The notes under the pieces are model-generated. The model was given only the letters and a program-made list of their open reading frames with translations. It made no database searches and was not told the DNA's origin. Shown here piece after piece: positions 62,037 to 64,000 of a stretch of DNA of 64,000 bases (position 1 is its first letter; the number at the start of each line of letters is the position of its first letter). Source of the DNA: Patescibacteria group bacterium. GTDB lineage: Bacteria; Bacteroidota; Ignavibacteria; Kapaibacteriales; Kapaibacteriaceae. The stretch lies in contig JBIICY010000008.1 of NCBI GenBank assembly GCA_044238605.1, positions 6,507-70,506 of the forward strand. Direction: 5' to 3'. A program made the translations under genes and the position numbers.

Positions 62037-63032
62037 ATGAAACTCTGTACATTCCTCAGCGCCGATGCCGAACGCATCGGCGTTCTCGTTAACAACCGTG
62101 TTGTTGATATGTGTCTTGCTCATGCAACTGCACTTATGAGTGGCGCACAACTTCAGTTTGGTGTCTGTACTGCTAACATAGTTGAGTTCCTTCAGCTCGG
62201 TGAAGCCGGCATGAAAGAGCTGCGGGATGTTATCTCGTGGTACAGCGCTCAGCCAGAATCAGTTCAGGCTGGTCTGTCGCATCCAGCAGAAGGACTTCAT
62301 GTACTCTCTCCTGTCCCACGCCCAACCTCAATGCGCGATGGCTATGCGTTTCGTCAGCACGTAGAGGCCGCACGGCGCAACCGTGGACTCGAGATGATCC
62401 CCGAGTTCGACGAGATCCCAATTTTCTATTTCACAAATCACCAGGCTGTATTCGGTCCGGGTGATGTGCACGTGCAGGATCTTCATTGTCAGCAGTTAGA
62501 CTTCGAACTCGAATGCGCCATTGTGATCGGGAAGAAGGGACGCAACATCAAGGCCTCTGAGGCCGACTCGTACATTGCCGGACTAATGGTGATGAACGAC
62601 TGGAGCGCCCGCGTGCTCCAGATGCAGGAAATGAAGCTTAATCTTGGTCCTGCCAAGGGAAAAGACTTTGCCACTACACTCGGACCATGGCTTGTAACAC
62701 TGGACGAGCTGGCAGACGTAACAACTACAACGCCGGTAGGGAATCATTACGACCTTGCAATGAAGTGCGTGATCAACGGTCAGGACGTATCTGTTGGCAA
62801 CGTCAAAGACATGTCGTGGACATTTGCCCAGATCATTGAGCGCGCCAGCTATGGCGTTACGCTCTATCCAGGCGATGTTATCGGTAGCGGCACATGCGGC
62901 ACAGGGTGCTTCCTTGAGCTCAACGGCAGCAAGGTCTACGATCCAGCATGGTGGCTTAAGCCCGGAGATGTTGTAACGTGCTCGATTGATAGGCTTGGCG
63001 ATCTGACGAATACGATTGTGTTGGATAAGTAG
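62037..63032 (+). CDS. Fumarylacetoacetate hydrolase family protein
   Basis: RDGYAFRQHV, LDFELE, NDWSAR, KGKDFAT, GDVIGSGT. Confidence 0.93.
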   Translation: MKLCTFLSADAERIGVLVNNRVVDMCLAHATALMSGAQLQFGVCTANIVEFLQLGEAGMKELRDVISWYSAQPESVQAGLSHPAEGLHVLSPVPRPTSMRDGYAFRQHVEAARRNRGLEMIPEFDEIPIFYFTNHQAVFGPGDVHVQDLHCQQLDFELECAIVIGKKGRNIKASEADSYIAGLMVMNDWSARVLQMQEMKLNLGPAKGKDFATTLGPWLVTLDELADVTTTTPVGNHYDLAMKCVINGQDVSVGNVKDMSWTFAQIIERASYGVTLYPGDVIGSGTCGTGCFLELNGSKVYDPAWWLKPGDVVTCSIDRLGDLTNTIVLDK

Positions 63033-63095
63033 CGAGTAGCAAGCAGCGAGCAGCGAACAGCGAGCAGCGAGCAGCGAGTAGCGAGTAGCGAGTAG
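63028..63095. repeat. Heptamer tandem array (AGCAGCG/AGTAGCG)n, about 10 units
   Basis: agtagcg agtagca agcagcg agcagcg aacagcg agcagcg agcagcg agtagcg agtagcg agtag; the first unit contains the FAH stop codon. Confidence 0.9.
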
Positions 63096-63102
63096 AGGGG
63101 TC

Positions 63103-63128
63103 TGTAACCTTCTGGGCGGAATCTGGTC
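63103..63128 (+). promoter_or_regulatory. ECF-sigma-type promoter TGTAAC-N16-GGTC
   Basis: tgtaac cttctgggcggaatct ggtc, 39 nt upstream of ATG 63168. Confidence 0.45.
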
Positions 63129-63167
63129 ATAGTTAGAGTAATCCAACCAGTCAGGTAGGGCGTGTAT

Positions 63168-64000
63168 ATGCGTTTGCTATTGTTATCGATTATTGTTTTC
63201 TGTTCCAGCAGCTACTCTGTATTGCAAGCACAACAGCCGGAGTGGCTGTTTAAGAACCACAAGTACCACCGGTTGAAGACGGGATCTTCGTTTATCAGTG
63301 TTGATAACACGAGATCTACGTTGCTCTTTGATGGCGGACCCTACGACACATATGCTACGAGCGATGGAGGAAAATCGTGGCGGACCATCTTCGATACAAA
63401 GATGTTCTTCATCGATGTAGCCAGTAACTGGACGATTGACCGCTCTGGACGCTGGTACTACAACGGCCGGCTCTACATGAAGCTTCCGGTTAATCTTGTG
63501 TCGGACGATGCGGGAGCTACAATGAGGTTCCTCATCAGAGACACAGCAGAGCTTGGATTCTATGGCAGATGGGAGGATATTCCATATCACATCCCACCAA
63601 ACTCTGTTGCATTTGATATGACCACAAGGGACGAACCGCACAGGGGAGTGTATCTCTCATGTGATGGCGGCATTTCTCCATGGGTCAAATCCTCCGGTCC
63701 TGGCCGCGGCAATACAGCCTATATAAGCTCAATGCACATGAAGCCAATCCGCGCTGGCGTGTTTGGTCTAGCTGATTCACTCTGGAACACCGTAGAAGTT
63801 GATGCCTGCACGGGTATCAAGACTTCAACAACGATCGATGCTCGATCAAGGTGGGTCCAGTTGTCCAATGGCACGATCATCAGGCTAACGTTGCAGAAAA
63901 ATGCGATCGGTATACGCAGGCCTGGTAGCACCGAGTTTACATACGATACTGTCGCAACTGTTACAGGCGACACCACACGCTATCGTATCGCTACCACGTA
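63168..64000 (+). CDS. Secreted BNR/Asp-box repeat protein, partial (runs off the window edge)
   Basis: Manual translation MRLLLLSIIVFCSSSYSVLQAQQPEW..., with Asp boxes TSDGGKSW, SDDAGATM and SCDGG; open to the end of the window. Not in the ORF track. Confidence 0.8.
   Translation, partial: MRLLLLSIIVFCSSSYSVLQAQQPEWLFKNHKYHRLKTGSSFISVDNTRSTLLFDGGPYDTYATSDGGKSWRTIFDTKMFFIDVASNWTIDRSGRWYYNGRLYMKLPVNLVSDDAGATMRFLIRDTAELGFYGRWEDIPYHIPPNSVAFDMTTRDEPHRGVYLSCDGGISPWVKSSGPGRGNTAYISSMHMKPIRAGVFGLADSLWNTVEVDACTGIKTSTTIDARSRWVQLSNGTIIRLTLQKNAIGIRRPGSTEFTYDTVATVTGDTTRYRIATT

Overview
Mostly core-genome bacterial DNA, densely coding, about 55 CDS. Gene content (Omp28/T9SS-type proteins, GWxTD, DUF2851, split atpD-atpC) and TAnnTTTG promoters suggest the Bacteroidota/Chlorobiota-related lineage, possibly Candidatus Kapabacteria (inference). 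Recognisable genes include fni (partial), dprA, glmM, comF, kynA, pyrF, folD, adk, rlpA, rpmH-rnpA-yidD-yidC, guaB, atpD-atpC, icd, tamB, anmK and nuoA-nuoB. I found no rRNA, tRNA, CRISPR array, transposase or prophage. The most unusual items are: (1) an intact 997-aa Type IIG restriction-modification-like protein whose nuclease and methyltransferase catalytic motifs have all decayed, coupled to glmM and lying between comF and dprA; (2) a ~500-bp intergenic region (15.6-16.1 kb) holding a candidate ECF-sigma-driven sRNA with C-rich loops, REP-like inverted repeats and two heptamer arrays, one of which recurs 47 kb away; (3) a YitJ-type fusion whose homocysteine methyltransferase domain has lost all three zinc-binding cysteines; (4) at least six genes that look leaderless; (5) an OmpA-family protein with a triple-CxxC linker. 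All family assignments come from motif recognition by eye; no searches were run.
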